Shown here piece after piece: positions 36,622 through 50,400 of a DNA stretch of 64,000 nucleotides; the stretch's first letter is position 1; every line of letters begins with the position of its first letter. This stretch comes from Octopus vulgaris (taxonomy: Eukaryota), in contig OX597819.1 in the NCBI GenBank assembly GCA_951406725.2, positions 54,932,001 through 54,996,000 of the forward strand, read 5' to 3'. Both the position numbers and the translations under genes were made by a program. The notes below the pieces were generated by a model. That model was not told the origin of the DNA. It was given only the letters and a program-made list of their open reading frames with translations, and did no database searches.

Positions 36622-38850
36622 ATTGACTGAATACATTGACCTCTTGACTGCCGTCATTTCCACATCTTCACCATAAATGAAGCCAATTTTTATTTTTTAT
36701 TTTGAAGAACTTTATTTACATGCACTTTGTGTGCAGGAATATTTAAAGAAGGTGACATTTTATTTTGGCATTTTACATATATATATATATATATATACAT
36801 TTATATATATATACATATATAATATGGACACATTTTATTACAAAAATTCAAAAAACATCAACAGGATGCTACTTCAATGACTAAGGTGCTTTTTTTGAAA
36901 ATAAAAATTTGAAGACCAGTGGCTTACCAAGACCAGACAAATTTACCAAAAATTAAAGCACTCTGCATAGGATTTCTATTACCATTTGGCATCAGGTTTT
37001 TGTTTTGGTAATTTTTAAAATTTTAATTTAATGTTCCTGTCTTTAAACACCTATTATCATGGTGAAGGGGTAAATTTGTATCATACTTTCCTTGTACGTT
37101 TTTTTTTTATTATTTTTTTTTTTTTTTGTAAACAATTTATAAAACAAAAGCTTTTTATCTCTGTCCATTTCCATTAACCAAACATTTTATATGCTTTGTC
37201 CAGGATATCTCAAAAACGTCACTGCTGGAAATTGATACCTCACCTCCTTTTTATCATCAACATCACCACTTTTTTTTTTTTTAATAGCTTGTCTTCATTA
37301 GTAATAAATAAATCTAATTTGTTGCTGCTGTAGACTTCTGTCTCTCCTCAATACTAATCTCCATCTTTCTGTAATTTTCTGTCATGCCATTTTCAACTAT
37401 TTCATCATTGACTGTTATTATCTGACCCTCCTGCTTGTACAAAACACCCTTTCTTAGAGATGATATAAGTGATTCCAATACTCAAACTAGAATTTTCATC
37501 AAACATATACTTGTCTATTAACACCTTCAGTATATACTCCAACCATCTGATTTTTTTTTTTAATAAATGGAACAAAACCAAACTCTAAAATATTGAACTA
37601 ACATGTAAACATGTTGTCAAATATATTCTTTCATTTACATACACTAACTCATTTCTTTTTGTTCCCACCTACCATTTTAAATTTGTGCATGTATGCATGT
37701 ATTTGTGCATGCATGTAGATATGTGTACATGTAGGAATATGTGTATGTATCTGTGATTTCCTCTTTATAAAATCATAAACTTGAAGGTTATCATTTTTCT
37801 AATGAATATTCGAGGCCTGGCTCGTTTGTTGTGAACCTTAACATTCCCCACCCCCCCTTATAATTCCTTGCTGCTGTCCCCCTCCTCTTTTTCTATTCAC
37901 TTCTCTCCCTTCACATCTCTCACCCTTTCTCTCTCTTGTACTGATTGTGTCAAAGATGCAACATAGTCTCCACTTGTTTCGACTGTTTGAGGTTTTTGTA
38001 AAGCTTGAATTGACCTGACCTAAATTAGACTTTAGGTTGCTTAATCAAAGGAAAGCTTTATTTTTCATTTAACAAAAAAAAAACCTGTCTTCTCAAATCC
38101 CTCCCCATTTTTTAAAAAAACCTATGTAAAATGAATTATTTATTTTTTTGTCTTTGTTTATTTTTTTTTATATGCATCTTCCAAAGTCTGATGTGTAACA
38201 CTTTCCACATCCACTCTGGTGGAAATTTCATATGTCCATAAACTTGACTAAATTCTGAATAGAGTTATTTTTACTCTACAAGACTCAGAATACTTTTCTT
38301 TTCAGTAAGCAACTATTAACATAAATAGTATTGCAAATATATAATATATATCATATATATTACATATTATATATATATATATATTAATGAAGATATTGGT
38401 GAATACTGTTTATGTTTCTATACCATCCTAAACTGCACCAAGCAATTTATACAATGAGTATCAGAGCAAGAAGGCTTTCTTGTACTCAACAATTCCAATA
38501 TATTTGATCAGTTACAAACTCATCTTAAACATTTTGAACTTTTTTTTTTTATTTTATTGCTACATTTCATCTTCACCCAATTTTTTTATTATTATTGTTA
38601 TTCACAATATTACAAGGAAATTCCTCAAATATATTTTGAGTTAATCAGTGCAAAATAAGCCTTTTTTTTTTTTTAAAGTTCCACATGTATATCACAAAAG
38701 TATCATAAAAAAACATTTTTTGTAATGTTCTGCTTGACTGATTTATTATTTTGTAATGACTAAATGTGGATTGACTTGACTGATGATAATTATTAATAAT
38801 AATAATTTCCTTCTGTATCCCAATTGCTAAATAAAAGCTTGCTTTAAATG
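36622..38850 (+). other. sn: Probable fascin 3' UTR (about 2.2 kb)
   Basis: U/AU-rich stretch with no recognisable SINE or MITE between the stop codon and an AATAAA followed by a GU-rich tract. Repeats resume just after it. Confidence 0.6.
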
Positions 38851-38866
38851 TATTGTTTGTTTTGTC
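38830..38866 (+). terminator. Candidate polyadenylation signal with downstream GU-rich element
   Basis: AATAAA at 38830-38835, then tgtattgtttgttttgt about 14-30 nt downstream. Confidence 0.55.
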
Positions 38867-39074
38867 ACCTGTAGATATTTCTAGTTTTGAGTCATCATGG
38901 ATGTCATTTAGCCTCTGAGCTGAGCTCTGAATGAGCAGACCAAGCTACAAAGGTGTGACAACCAGAAAATACCTGCTTTATTTTTGCTTGACGTAACAAG
39001 GTGTGAGTTAACCATTTTGATACCAACTTACCTGAAACTGCATTAGGTTCTATAATAAAATCTTTCTGTTTTAA

Positions 39075-39360
39075 CACATAAAGCACGACGGGCCATGATT
39101 GTGGCCCAGATAGATGCATTTAATTTATGGGTGTTTGTTCGGGTCTAATGACGTTCAAACATTCCGATACCTCCCAGAATGCAAGAGGACTAATAGTTCA
39201 ACTAATGACTTTTTAGCTGATGTAAGACTTGCCACCATTATATACTAAGATGATATTTTAACTATTTTTTTTCTTTTTTATGTGTGCATGGTAGACTCAT
39301 TTTCATAAAATGTGCTCAGCAGCCCATGCTATGTAAGTGCAAGTCCCAGTGCTTTATGGG
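39075..39360. mobile_element. piggyBac-like MITE
   Basis: TTAA flanks on both sides. TIR cacataaagcac / gtgctttatggg (11 of 12 match). Confidence 0.7.
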
Positions 39361-39799
39361 TTAAAGTAAAATTACAACCTTCCATCAAAATTTCAAAACT
39401 CTTGTGATCATTTCTATTGAAACAAAAAGCAGTACATTTCTGGAAATGTACTACCGTTGCTTCAATTTAATTTTTGCAATGATGACGATTTTCATAAAGT
39501 TACTTTGTCATTTATTAAACTGGTGTATGCCAGAGTGGAAAATGGAATTTAGAGGATGAAATTAACAGGAAATTTTGATGAAAGGTTTTAATTCAGATAC
39601 TTTTTAAAACAGGAAGTTATCATCACAGAACTAACAGCTGTCTCAGGCATGTTGGTATCAAAATGGTTACTGTTCCAAACACCAATTTAATAATGAGTTA
39701 TTTCACTAAGTTCTTCATTATTTTTGAAATTAATTGAAACAAAGGGATTATATTTCAACAGAAATATAATTTTAGTCATTGTTTTCCTTGTTATTCCTT

Positions 39800-40575
39800 T
39801 ATTCTTTTACCTGTTTCAGTCATTTGACTGTGGCCATGCTGGAGCACCGCCTTTTAATCGAACAAATCAACCTCAAGGCTTATTCTTTCGTTGAACCACT
39901 AAACACTTCAACATCAGTTGTCAAGCGATGGTGGGGGGGGACAAACACATATACACACACACATATATATTGGCACGTAAAAGACACCATTCGAGCGCGA
40001 TTGTTACCAGCATCACCTTACTGGCACCTGTGCCGGTGGCATGTGTAAAAGATTCAAGCGAGGTCGTTGCCAGTACCGCCTGACTGGCCCCGTGCCGGTG
40101 GCACATAAAAGCACCCACTACACTCTAGGAGTGGTTGGCGTTAGGAAGGACATCCAGCTGTAGAAACTCTGCCAGATCAGATTGGAGCCTGGTGCAGCCA
40201 TCTGGTTCGCCAGCCCTCAGTCATTGGTCCAACCCATGCTAGCATGGAAAGCAGACGTTAAATGATGATGATGATGATTTATATAATACAAAATAGGGCA
40301 AGAATGCAAAGCATCCGGGCAGCTAGGTGATACAAAAAGGGACAACAAAACATCCAGATAGACGGTACAAAGAAAACAAGGACGGGTCATTCAAAGTTAC
40401 ACACACACATACATGCATGATGGGCTTCTTTCAGTTGTTGTCTACCAAATCCACTCAAGGCTTTGGTTGGCCCTAGGTTATAGTAGAAGACACCTGCCCA
40501 AGGTTTCACGCAGTGGGACTGAACCCAGAACCATGTGGTGGGAAACAAGCTTCTTACCACACAGCCACGCTTGTG
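39800..40575 (-). mobile_element. SINE family A split by an RTE-type tail (39970-40277, +) and a purine-rich insert
   Basis: Family A tail at 39800-39960 and head at 40415-40575, with inserts in the central microsatellite. Confidence 0.8.
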
Positions 40576-40929
40576 CCTAAATTGTTACACAATTTTCCTG
40601 TTTGAAAAGAAGCAGATTTTGACTTTTGATCATCTAATATGGATCAGAATGGTTTTGTCATTGCACCAGGGGTTGTAGATGTTTAAAATTATAGTTTTTA
40701 TATTCTTTTATTTTTTTTCTTTCGCGTTTCTATTAATAGGATGGTTTGTTTGGTGAATCAGTTGATTTTCACAATTACATACCTGTCCTACCACTAAATG
40801 TTTTATTTAATTACTTGCCTACCACTTAACATTACAGTCACTGTGTGTTTGTACATGATTTGTTGGCCTTCATTTTGATTTCTAACATTAATACTTGAAT
40901 GGTTAATTATACCATGTCTTATAACTTCC

Positions 40930-41550
40930 TTTTTCTTTTACTTGTTTCAGTCATTTGACTGCAGCCATGCTGGAGCACCGCTTTTAGTTGAACGAATCGA
41001 ATCCAGATGGCAAGCTGGCAGAAACGTTAGCACACCGAGCAAAATGCTTAGCGGTATTTCGTCTGCCGCTACGTTCTGAGTTCAAATTCCGCTGAGGTCG
41101 ACTTTGTATTTCATCCTTTCGGGGTTGATTAAATAAGTACCAGTTATGCACTAGGGTTGATATAATCTACTTGATTTGTTTGTCCTCTCTGTGTGTAGCC
41201 CCTTGTGGGCAGTAATGAAATAAGAATCAAACCCAGGACTTATTCTTTGTAAGCCTAATACTTATTCTATCGGTCTCTTTTGCCGAACCACTAGGTAACG
41301 GGGACATAAACACATCAGCATCAGTTGTCAAGCGATGGTGGGGGTCAAACACAGACATACATGCAAATATATAATTATACATACATACATGTATATATGA
41401 TGGGCTTCTTTCAGTTTCTGTCTACTAAATCCACTAACAAGGCTTTGGTCAGCCTGAGGCTATAGTAGAAGACACCTGCCCAAGGTGCCACGCAGTAGGA
41501 CTGAACCCGGTTGGGAAGCTAGCTTCTTACCCCACAACCACTCCTGCACC
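40930..41550 (-). mobile_element. SINE family A with nested family B copy (41008-41225, +)
   Basis: gaatcgaatccag / gaatcaaacccag is duplicated either side of the family B copy. Confidence 0.85.
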
Positions 41551-43666
41551 TGATAATTTATTTTATACATAATTTAAAAAAAAATTGAAGTTGACCACAA
41601 TTGGATTTGAACCCAGGACTCAGAGATTAATAAATAGAATGAGGTGATCAGACACAACTGAAAGAAATATACCCACACACATAAACAGAGAGAGACAGAG
41701 TAGAGATAGAATGAGTGAAACATTTAAGTGCCTGGGATCAAATAAGTCCATGGTGCCAACATGGCTATGCCAAAATATACCTGTAACTAAATTTTGTATG
41801 ATGTTCCCTATTGTCAATATACACATACATACAAAGAATGGTCTTCATTTGTATTCTGTTGGCTGAAGTGTTCTTAGTATTCAAAGTACTCAATATATTA
41901 CTGGTATCTAAGGTATTCTACATAACCTAATCTTTAGGGTGTTTGACTCATGGTCATAAGGTTGTAGGTTCAGTTCTTGGACTGGGTGACGCTTTCATGT
42001 TCTTCCAGTCTGCTGAACTGTAATGAGTACCACCTGAATGCTGAGGAATCCCTCTCTCCCTCCAGCTATGTGTCACATCTTGGATATTGTGCTTAATTGA
42101 GAGTGGGGCAGGTGTAGGGTAGGGTGGGTCTATGGTTTACTTTGTACCACATAAGCCCCTAAAACAATTAAGAAAAGCATGGTGAGATTTCTATCTGCCT
42201 TAAGTTCACCAATTTCTACAAGCTTAAAGAAGTGTTTAATTCTCTTATTACTGTATTCATGTTGTTTCCTTTGCTTCAACTGATGTTTAAAATAATGAAG
42301 AATTTAGTAAAGTTTGTCATAAGCTGCTGTTTGGATCATAAAGTACCAGGAAGTTTTGATAAGTTTAGGAAGTTTGTATTATAGAACCAAGGGTGAATTC
42401 AAGTCAGTATCAAAAGAATTAAAGTATGTTTACAAATGAAATGAAATTCAATGAACTCTGTAAAGCATATTGTAAGGTTATTTGAGCCAGCAAGGGTATT
42501 TGTGCACAATCTAACCAGGGAATTTATACACAAGCAAGCAAGGGAGTTTATATACATGCTATTGATTGAATCTATATGTGAGCCAACAAAGGAGACTGTA
42601 TGTGGCTTGGTTGTTTAACCCACTAGAAATAGCAGCCAATTTTCCTTTAAACCATAACTTTTTTAACTTACGTGAAGAAAAGAAATGAGATAATTGTTGT
42701 CCTACATACTCCAAAAAAAGACAATTTTCGCAGTTGAATATCTTTGATCCCAGATCTGTTCAATCAGAACTGACTTGGAGCTAAAGAACACCACAAATGT
42801 AAACAGCTCGTTAATGTAAGACATGCTTTTAATTCTCGGTTCCTGTAAATTCACTTAAATTGCATTACCAATGATATTCATAGTGGAATATTCATTTCAT
42901 TTTCGCGTTGCAATCTTTGGACTGTTGTAAGACTTAGCCAGGAGGAAACCAGCAAATTAAAAACTCAATATTCCAGACTTTGGCTGATTATAAGGAAACA
43001 TTATATATCATAAAGACTATATTACTGAAACTTTGATACAGAGCAGTCATACATGACAGAATGTTGATGTTATGTCTCTAAACAAAAATATTTTTTATTT
43101 TTTCATTTTTCCACTGGAATGCATGTCAAATACTTGACTAAAAATAACTGTTTACTTGTAAGTTGGCAGCACCTAATTCCTCTACTATCTGAATATTTCT
43201 TCAATAGGTTGGTTAATAATAATAATAATAATAATAGGCAAGTGTAAAGAGAGCAAACATCGTTCAGGAGATGGTAACATGCTCTTATTATCTAATGACA
43301 TTTTAATGGTATTAAACATTTCATTTCATATAATGTGTGAGTGTGGAGTAAACTTTCCCCTCTTTTTCCAGACTGTTCTCCTTTATGGTGACTGTGTTTG
43401 AAATGTCAGCACTTTATAGCTCGGAATTGCTAACCTTTACTGTGAAATGGATGTTAGATGGTAGGATACCATTAAACTGTCCATGTAAATATATGTATTT
43501 TCCTGTTTCAAATCCTATCATTCTTCCTCTATAGTCAAGAGTGTTATTTGGTGCAGCTTTTGAATACTGTGATAGCCCAAATCACTGCCCAACAAATTGT
43601 AACCTTAATATCTTCTTTGTAAAGGTGTATATATAATATATACATATGTATATATATGTATACACA

Positions 43667-43870
43667 GGAGCGTGTGCTGAAAAGTTCCTGGCTTTGGGTA
43701 AAAGAAAATATAGGAGAATCAGTTATTTCAACCTATTCCCCTCTTAGATTCACACATTTATTGCAGTGATCCTTCAGTTTTTCTAAGCCCTGTAAAAGAA
43801 CTCAGGTTAGGGCTCCAACCAGGCCATTTGCAATACCTTTAAAGTGAGGAACTTTTCAGCACCCCTTCAT
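43667..43870. mobile_element. Tc1/mariner-type MITE, second copy
   Basis: TIRs gtgctgaaaagttcct / aggaacttttcagcac. The body aligns with 35044-35257. TA-rich flanks. Confidence 0.8.
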
Positions 43871-44036
43871 GTATATATATATATACATATCATCATCATC
43901 ATCATCATCATTTAACGTCCATTGTACATGCTGGCATGGTTTGACCAGGGCTGCACCAAGCTCCAGTCTGATTTGGCATGGTTTCTATGGCTGGACACCT
44001 TCCCAAATGCCAACTTCTTAGAAAGTGTAATGGGTG

Positions 44037-44088
<52 letters not shown>

Positions 44089-44089
<1 letters not shown>

Positions 44090-44267
44090 AGTGGTTTTCA
44101 ACCAGGGTTCTGCAAGAAGTTACAAAAATGCTAAAATCAACAGTAATTTTTAATTCTTCTGTGCAGATATGTGTGCATAAGACAATTAAATTATTGCACA
44201 GGGGTTCCTCGAGCCAGTGGGACGTTTTCTTGGGGTTCCGCTTCAGCAAAAATTTTGAAAATCACTG
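44089..44267. mobile_element. hAT-superfamily MITE
   Basis: TIRs cagtggttttcaa / ttgaaaatcactg and an exact 8-bp flanking duplication atatatac. Confidence 0.85.
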
Positions 44268-44561
44268 ATATATACTATAACTCAGTTAAATGGAAAACGT
44301 GGGCAAATAAATAAAGTTTTATTTGAAATATCAGAACACTTCCAAGAAGTTGATTGCTGGATCTCAACATTAATAGGCACAATGAATTGGTGTCTATTAA
44401 ATAATGCTTACATTTTAGGAATTTCAAAAATAGAGATATGAAATAAATTTCTTTAATGGGTGATACTTGAGGAGAAAAAGTTATTAAACATGGCATGGAC
44501 AATATTGGGTAAAAAAAAAAACCTTGTGTGTAGATTTCATAGATTGAAACTGAAAGAAGTT

Positions 44562-44605
<44 letters not shown>

Positions 44606-45149
44606 ATGTATATATATATAATCTCAAAGTTGTATTTGTCTAGCAAGTGATTTGATCTTAAGCTATGTGTTGAAAATGAAGCAAATACATTATGGGGGAA
44701 AAGGCAAATATGCAAAACAGTATTTATTTCACTTTATATTTGATGGGGTAACGTTTTAATCATACAACTGCGACCTGATCATTGCCATCGTCCCATTGAA
44801 AATGAATGGAAAAAGCTTCTCCATGCTGTGTGTTGTGACTGACAGAAGAAAGAATACTCAATACTATAATATAAATAAATAACATATTTTGGACAAACCA
44901 GTGTCTTGTTACTCATAAGTTTCACCTGTGAGAGCAGCTTCGTCTCCGGCCTTGCGCTGGTGAATGTTTTCACCTTTCACCTTAAAAGGAAGGTGGGGTT
45001 GGAAAGGAGCTGCCTGTCAGAGAGTATGTTCAATAAACGATGGATGCGTGTGGCACGCATGTTGGGAATGAAAGGCCCTGCGTGAACACGTCAGAAAGGT
45101 TACCAAGGTGTCGGTAGAGAAAGAGGGCTTGTGGGGTCGGAGTTACCAA

Positions 45150-45318
45150 CACTAACGTAAAAGCGGTGTTATTGTATGGGGCTGAGACATGGCGAACAAC
45201 AGTTAAGTCAAATAAGCAAATACAATCATTCATCAACAGATGCTTGCGTAGTATACTTAAAATTAGATGGCCCGAACACATAAGCAATATAGAGCTATGG
45301 CAAAGAACAAATCAAGTT
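45150..45318 (+). mobile_element. RTE-clade LINE ORF fragment
   Basis: NVKAVLLYGAETWRTTVKSNKQIQSFINRCLRSILKIRWPEHISNIELWQRTNQ, the LLYGxETW..CLRxIL.I.W..ISN.EL motif downstream of the RTE reverse transcriptase core. Confidence 0.88.
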
Positions 45319-45720
45319 TCGAGTATTAGTACAGAAGCGAAAAATTATGCGACATGGAATTCAACTATAAGTGGCCTATACTCCGCGTTGGAGGGTTAAA
45401 GGCAGGAAAAAAAGAAGAATGTGTACGACTCCAGTCATAGTGTGCTGTCCCCAGTTTGTTAGTCCGTATGGATAATAAAAAAGAAACGAAGTCTCACCTA
45501 TGTGCCCACTCAGTCATTATGCAAGTTATGCCAAAAATAAAAATGGCATATAAATTATTTTGCTTGAAAGTGACTTCAGATTTTGCCTTGCTAGCTGGTT
45601 GAAGCAGTTGAATAAGGTGAAACTTGAAAACTCAAAATGATGAATAAATTTAACTCTACCACATGTATTGTTCCCACCATCTGTCGCTTTTTATAAATTG
45701 ATCGACAATTTGTGTATACT

Positions 45721-46070
45721 CTTTACTCTTTTACTTGTTTCAGTCATTTGACTGCGGCCATGCTGGAGCACCACCTTTAGTCGAGCGAATCGACCCCAGG
45801 ACTTATTCTTTGTAAGCCTAGTACTTAGTCTATCGGTCTCTTGCCGAACCGCTAAGTTACTGGGACAAACACACCAGCATCGGTTGTCAAGCGATGTTGG
45901 GGGCGTACAAACACAGACACACAAACATATACATACATACACACACACATACATATATACGACGGGCTTCTTTCAGTTTCCGTTTACCAGATCCACTCAC
46001 AAGGCTTTGGTCGGCCCAAGGCTAAAGAAGAAGACAATTGCCCAAGGTGTCACGCAGTGGGACTGAACCC
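45721..46070 (-). mobile_element. SINE family A, CpG-rich copy
   Basis: Close to the inferred consensus. Confidence 0.9.
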
Positions 46071-46169
46071 AGTATGTGTGCATTTATATTTAACACACTC
46101 CTGTACACTAGAATGTGGTGATGCTTGCAGTGGAACTGGAATGTCTCGATTATTCCATCGAATTTAATG

Positions 46170-49100
46170 GTTGACTAGTTGTTTACTTTATCGATCCCGG
46201 GAAAATGAATAGTAAGGTTAACCTCAGCAGGATTTGAACTCAGAACTTAAAGTGATCGGAAGAATAAAAAAAAGCTTCTGTTACCAACGCGCTAACGATT
46301 CTGCCAGTTCTCTGCTTTAACATCTCTTTGTAATTTTGGCACAAGGCTATCAATCTTAAGATTACATTGACCTCAATATTCGACTGTTTACTATTTCATT
46401 GACTTCAAAAGGAGGAAAAGTAAGTCGACCTCGGCGGAATTTGAACTCAAGGTAAAAAGTCACAAGAAATATCGCTAAACTTTTTATCCGATGATTTTGC
46501 CAGCCTATCACCTTTCCCCGCCTTCGTGATACAAATACCAAAAAAAAGAAAAAAATAACTCATTTTTCACTCGATTCACTTAAGTTCATCGTATTCACCA
46601 GCCGTTGTGATTATTTGGAAAACGTGAGTGATTTAAATATCATGCCACATGGACTACCGTCGTCCATTAGTGCTGCTTATTATTCCGTCAGCTGACCAAT
46701 TAAATCAACAATCAACGCTTTCATGCTGAAACGAATAGATTTATTTATTTATTTATTTAGATGACATATTAAATCACGTCAAAATTGGCATTTTAATTCA
46801 TGCTTCATAACAGTGTAAAACTAGAAGCAAACTTCTGTCTAATTGAATTCGTGAGGCATTTTCAAATTTTAGCTGGTTCTATTTCACCGCATTTCGAACT
46901 ATAATAATTCCTGAAGAATGCCTTATACTCGGACATCCATTGCCTCTCCAACGTAAATCCAAGAAGCTATGTGCACCTATCACCACATTGGATGACATAA
47001 AACGTTCGTCTTTCTCCAAAAATGTTTCGAAAATCATTCCAAGTCCCCTCCTATATGTGAAGTTGGAAACCCACATGTGCTTTAACGCTCTAAAAACATT
47101 TTTTCTTGAGTATCAGGTCAGATATTGGAGCATGCGCCGTTGCAGCGCGTTGCTGCATCCACCTTTTGCTCGGGTCGTCCCAGGCAATTCTCCGAGCAGT
47201 GTCCAAGTCAGTCCTCATCTCTACGAGATACTGCCTCATCCACCGTTACTATGTGACATGTGGCCGATTAACACATGCCGTCACCCTAGCTGGATCCTCA
47301 AAGAAGTGAGCACGGTACTCAGGATCCAACACGGAAAATCAAACAAAATGACCAAACCGTATGCACTACTGAAATTGGGGTACGTTTAATATGCTCATGC
47401 GTCTTTTATGTTATCAAATATGGTAACCAAAAGTCGTTGATGATGATGATGAAGAAAATAAGATTAAGAAAGTGTATTGTATTATAGTAATTTCGAATTT
47501 TGGCACGTTCGGGGGAGGGGAATTGTCGATTACGTCGGCCCCAGTGTACAACTGGTACTTATTTTATTGACCTCGAAAGGATAAGAGGCAAAGTCGACCG
47601 CGACGGAATTTGACCTCAGAACGAAATGTCGCAATGTGTTTTGTCCTACGTGCTAACGGTACGGCCAGCTCGCCGCCTTTATACAACGTATTAATATTGT
47701 TTTCAAGGTTTGACTCAACGCGAGCAATTTCGAAGGAGGGGTAGGTCCATTAGATCAACCCCTAGTGCTCAACTGGTACTTATTTTATCTGCCTCGAAAG
47801 AATGAAAGGCAAAGTCGGTGGAATATGAACTCAGAATGTAAAGACGGACGAAATGCCGCTAAGCATTTCGCCCGGCGTGCTGACGATTCTGCCAGCTTGC
47901 CTCCTTTATGTGTCTTACTAATATTAAAATGATTATTAATTTATCTATTTTTGTTTCTATTCTGAAGACTAAATTACAGTCATGTATGGGGCTTCTATGG
48001 ACCAAAGTCGTTCAAGTATCTGTTCATGTATGTACAAGTCTGAGCAAGACTTTTTTTTTTTTATACTGGCTTAGTTGTCTATATAGGCAAGTCATTCTTC
48101 ACGACACTGCTATTTATCTAAGGGAGAGGTCAGCATTTTAGGTTGATACAGCTTGGTACAGATATTCACAAAGCCTGAAATTTTTGGGGAAGGGTGCCAG
48201 TCGATTAGATCGACCCCGAAAGGATGAAAAGCAAAGTCGACCTCGACGGAATTTGAACTCAGAACGTAACGGCAGACGAAATACCGTTAAGCATTTCACC
48301 CGGCGTGCTAACGTTTCTTATTTCTTTATTGCCCACAAAGGGCTAAACATAGAGGAGACAAACAAGGACAGACAGACGGATTAAGTCGATTATATCGACC
48401 CCAGTACGTAATTGGTACTTATTTAATCGACCCCGAAAGGATTAAAGGCAAAGCCGACCTCGGCGGAATTTGAACTCAGAACGTAGCGGCAGACGAAATA
48501 CCGCTCAGCATTTCGCCCGGCGTGCTAACGTTTCTGCCAGCTCACAGTCTTCAGCTTGGGACAAATATTGTCGTAGGCGTTGCTGTCAGAATGCAAAGCG
48601 CCAAAATTAATTCCACTGGACATCTTGCCCGACCCCCAAATAGTTCTGTCAATCCACCGCCCCGTGATTTCCTTTGTTTGATTAAATGGTGATGGCGAAA
48701 AGAAAAGGAGACGAAACAGATTACGTGCATTTTCACTCAGGTGTTTCTAAAAATTCTTTTAACAGACATAAAAATCAAAAGAATACTTTGAAGAAACGAA
48801 AATTAAAAAAAAAGAAAAATCAATTGTCTGCTGTAACTGAAAGCTGCTATGTACAGATAGAAATATTTACTTCCGCTTTATTTGATCAACTAAACCTGCT
48901 GAGTCACTCTCAACGCTTGAAATATCAGAACTAAACTATCGACTTAAGACCAGAGAGTATTCAAGAGACTGTTACTGTTCTTATTGTGTTTAGTTTCCAC
49001 AATCATAAAAAAAACCCAAAGAAAGAAAAGAAAAGAACAAGATATACATTTCTATTTTATTGTTGAAAATAGTCATGACTTTTGATTTAGACACAAGGTC

Positions 49101-50000
49101 AGCAAATTTTGAAGGACGGGCGTAAGTCGGTTAAATCGACTCCAGTACTTTATTTTATCGATACAGAAGAATAAAAAGCGAAGATGACCTCGGCGGGATT
49201 TGAACTCAAAATGTAAAGAACCAGGGAAAATACTGCATTGCCCTTTTTTTTTTTTTTTTTTGTCCAACTCTTAACTGTTCTGCCAATCCGCAGCATTGTT
49301 AAACAGTTCTAATTTAGGCATGAGGCTTGCAGTTACATGGTGAGGGGCTATTCGATTGTAAACTCAGCCTAATACTTGACTGGTACTTTATTTTACCGAC
49401 CCCAAAAGATTAAAGTTGACCTTTAACTATATTTGAATTCAGAACGGAAAGAAATAGCGCAAAGCACAGAGCATCGGAAAATTTCTAGTAGTATTTTTCT
49501 TTCTTGCTCTTTACGTTCTGAATTCAGATTCTTCGAGGTCAACTTTGTCCTTTATCCCTCCGGAGTCGATAATATAATCGGTTAAGTAACTTGGATCGAA
49601 AGTATCGACTAATCCCTTGCCTTAAAATTGTTGGCTTTATGCCTAAATTCAGAAATAATAATAATCCTGTCTTCTATAAGTATAGAGCCTGAAATTTTGA
49701 AGGGAGGGTGCTAGACGATTATATCGACTCCCAGCTCCACGGGTACTTAATTTATCAACCCCAAAGGGATGAAAAGCAGGATCGATCCTAGCGGAATTTG
49801 AACTCAGACCGTAAAGCTGGATGAAATACTATTAAGCATTTTGTCTGGCACGGTAATGATTCTGCCAGTTTATTGCCTTCCAAATTGTCATAACAGTTTA
49901 TGACTGAGGCCCAACGTCAGCAATACTAAACTGGAACTTTATGTTATCAACTTCGGAGGGACGAAAGGCAAAAAAGGCAAACCGACCTCGCGGGATTTGA
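46170..50000. mobile_element. Dense field of SINE family B copies (about 10, mostly minus strand)
   Basis: Recurrent aaaggcaaagtcgacctcggcggaatttgaactcagaac cores near 46230, 46430, 47590, 47810, 48240, 48460, 49190, 49420, 49530 (+), 49790 and 49985. Confidence 0.85.
47110..47370 (-). mobile_element. Degenerate 3' end of an RTE-type LINE
   Basis: Minus strand RFGHFV*FSVLDPEYR..EDP..NRPHVT**RWM..ARRIAWDDP, ending gtggatgcagcaacgcgctgc...ctgacctga. Confidence 0.55.
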
Positions 50001-50317
50001 AAACAATAAAATCATGGACTAGAATTGCCAACATATCGATCTCTATCAGTTTGCTTTATGTTAAATATTCAATGGTTTCTGAGCATAAGAAACGGAATGA
50101 TAGTTAAACAATGTTTTCCAAGATCTTAGTTACACAGATCCATTGTATGCAGCCATTAACTATGAATAATGTATCAATAGCAAAGAATGCATGAATGATT
50201 GTTTTAAATCTGTATCACAGTTATATAATAACCTATTGTTCTGCTAAAAACTAAATCAAGGCCGGATGAAGTTAGTTCAGAGCATATAATTGTGTTATGA
50301 AGGGGATCTGAATTGGA

Positions 50318-50318
<1 letters not shown>

Positions 50319-50399
<81 letters not shown>

Positions 50400-50400
50400 G
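50319..50400. repeat. (AAT)n microsatellite followed by degenerate A-rich repeats to about 50520
   Basis: Read directly. Source of the poly-I and poly-Y ORFs. Confidence 0.95.

Noticed and set aside
46940-47389. 149-aa plus-strand ORF as a host gene or exon
   Set aside because: No recognisable domain. Its 3' part is the antisense of a decayed RTE-type LINE end.
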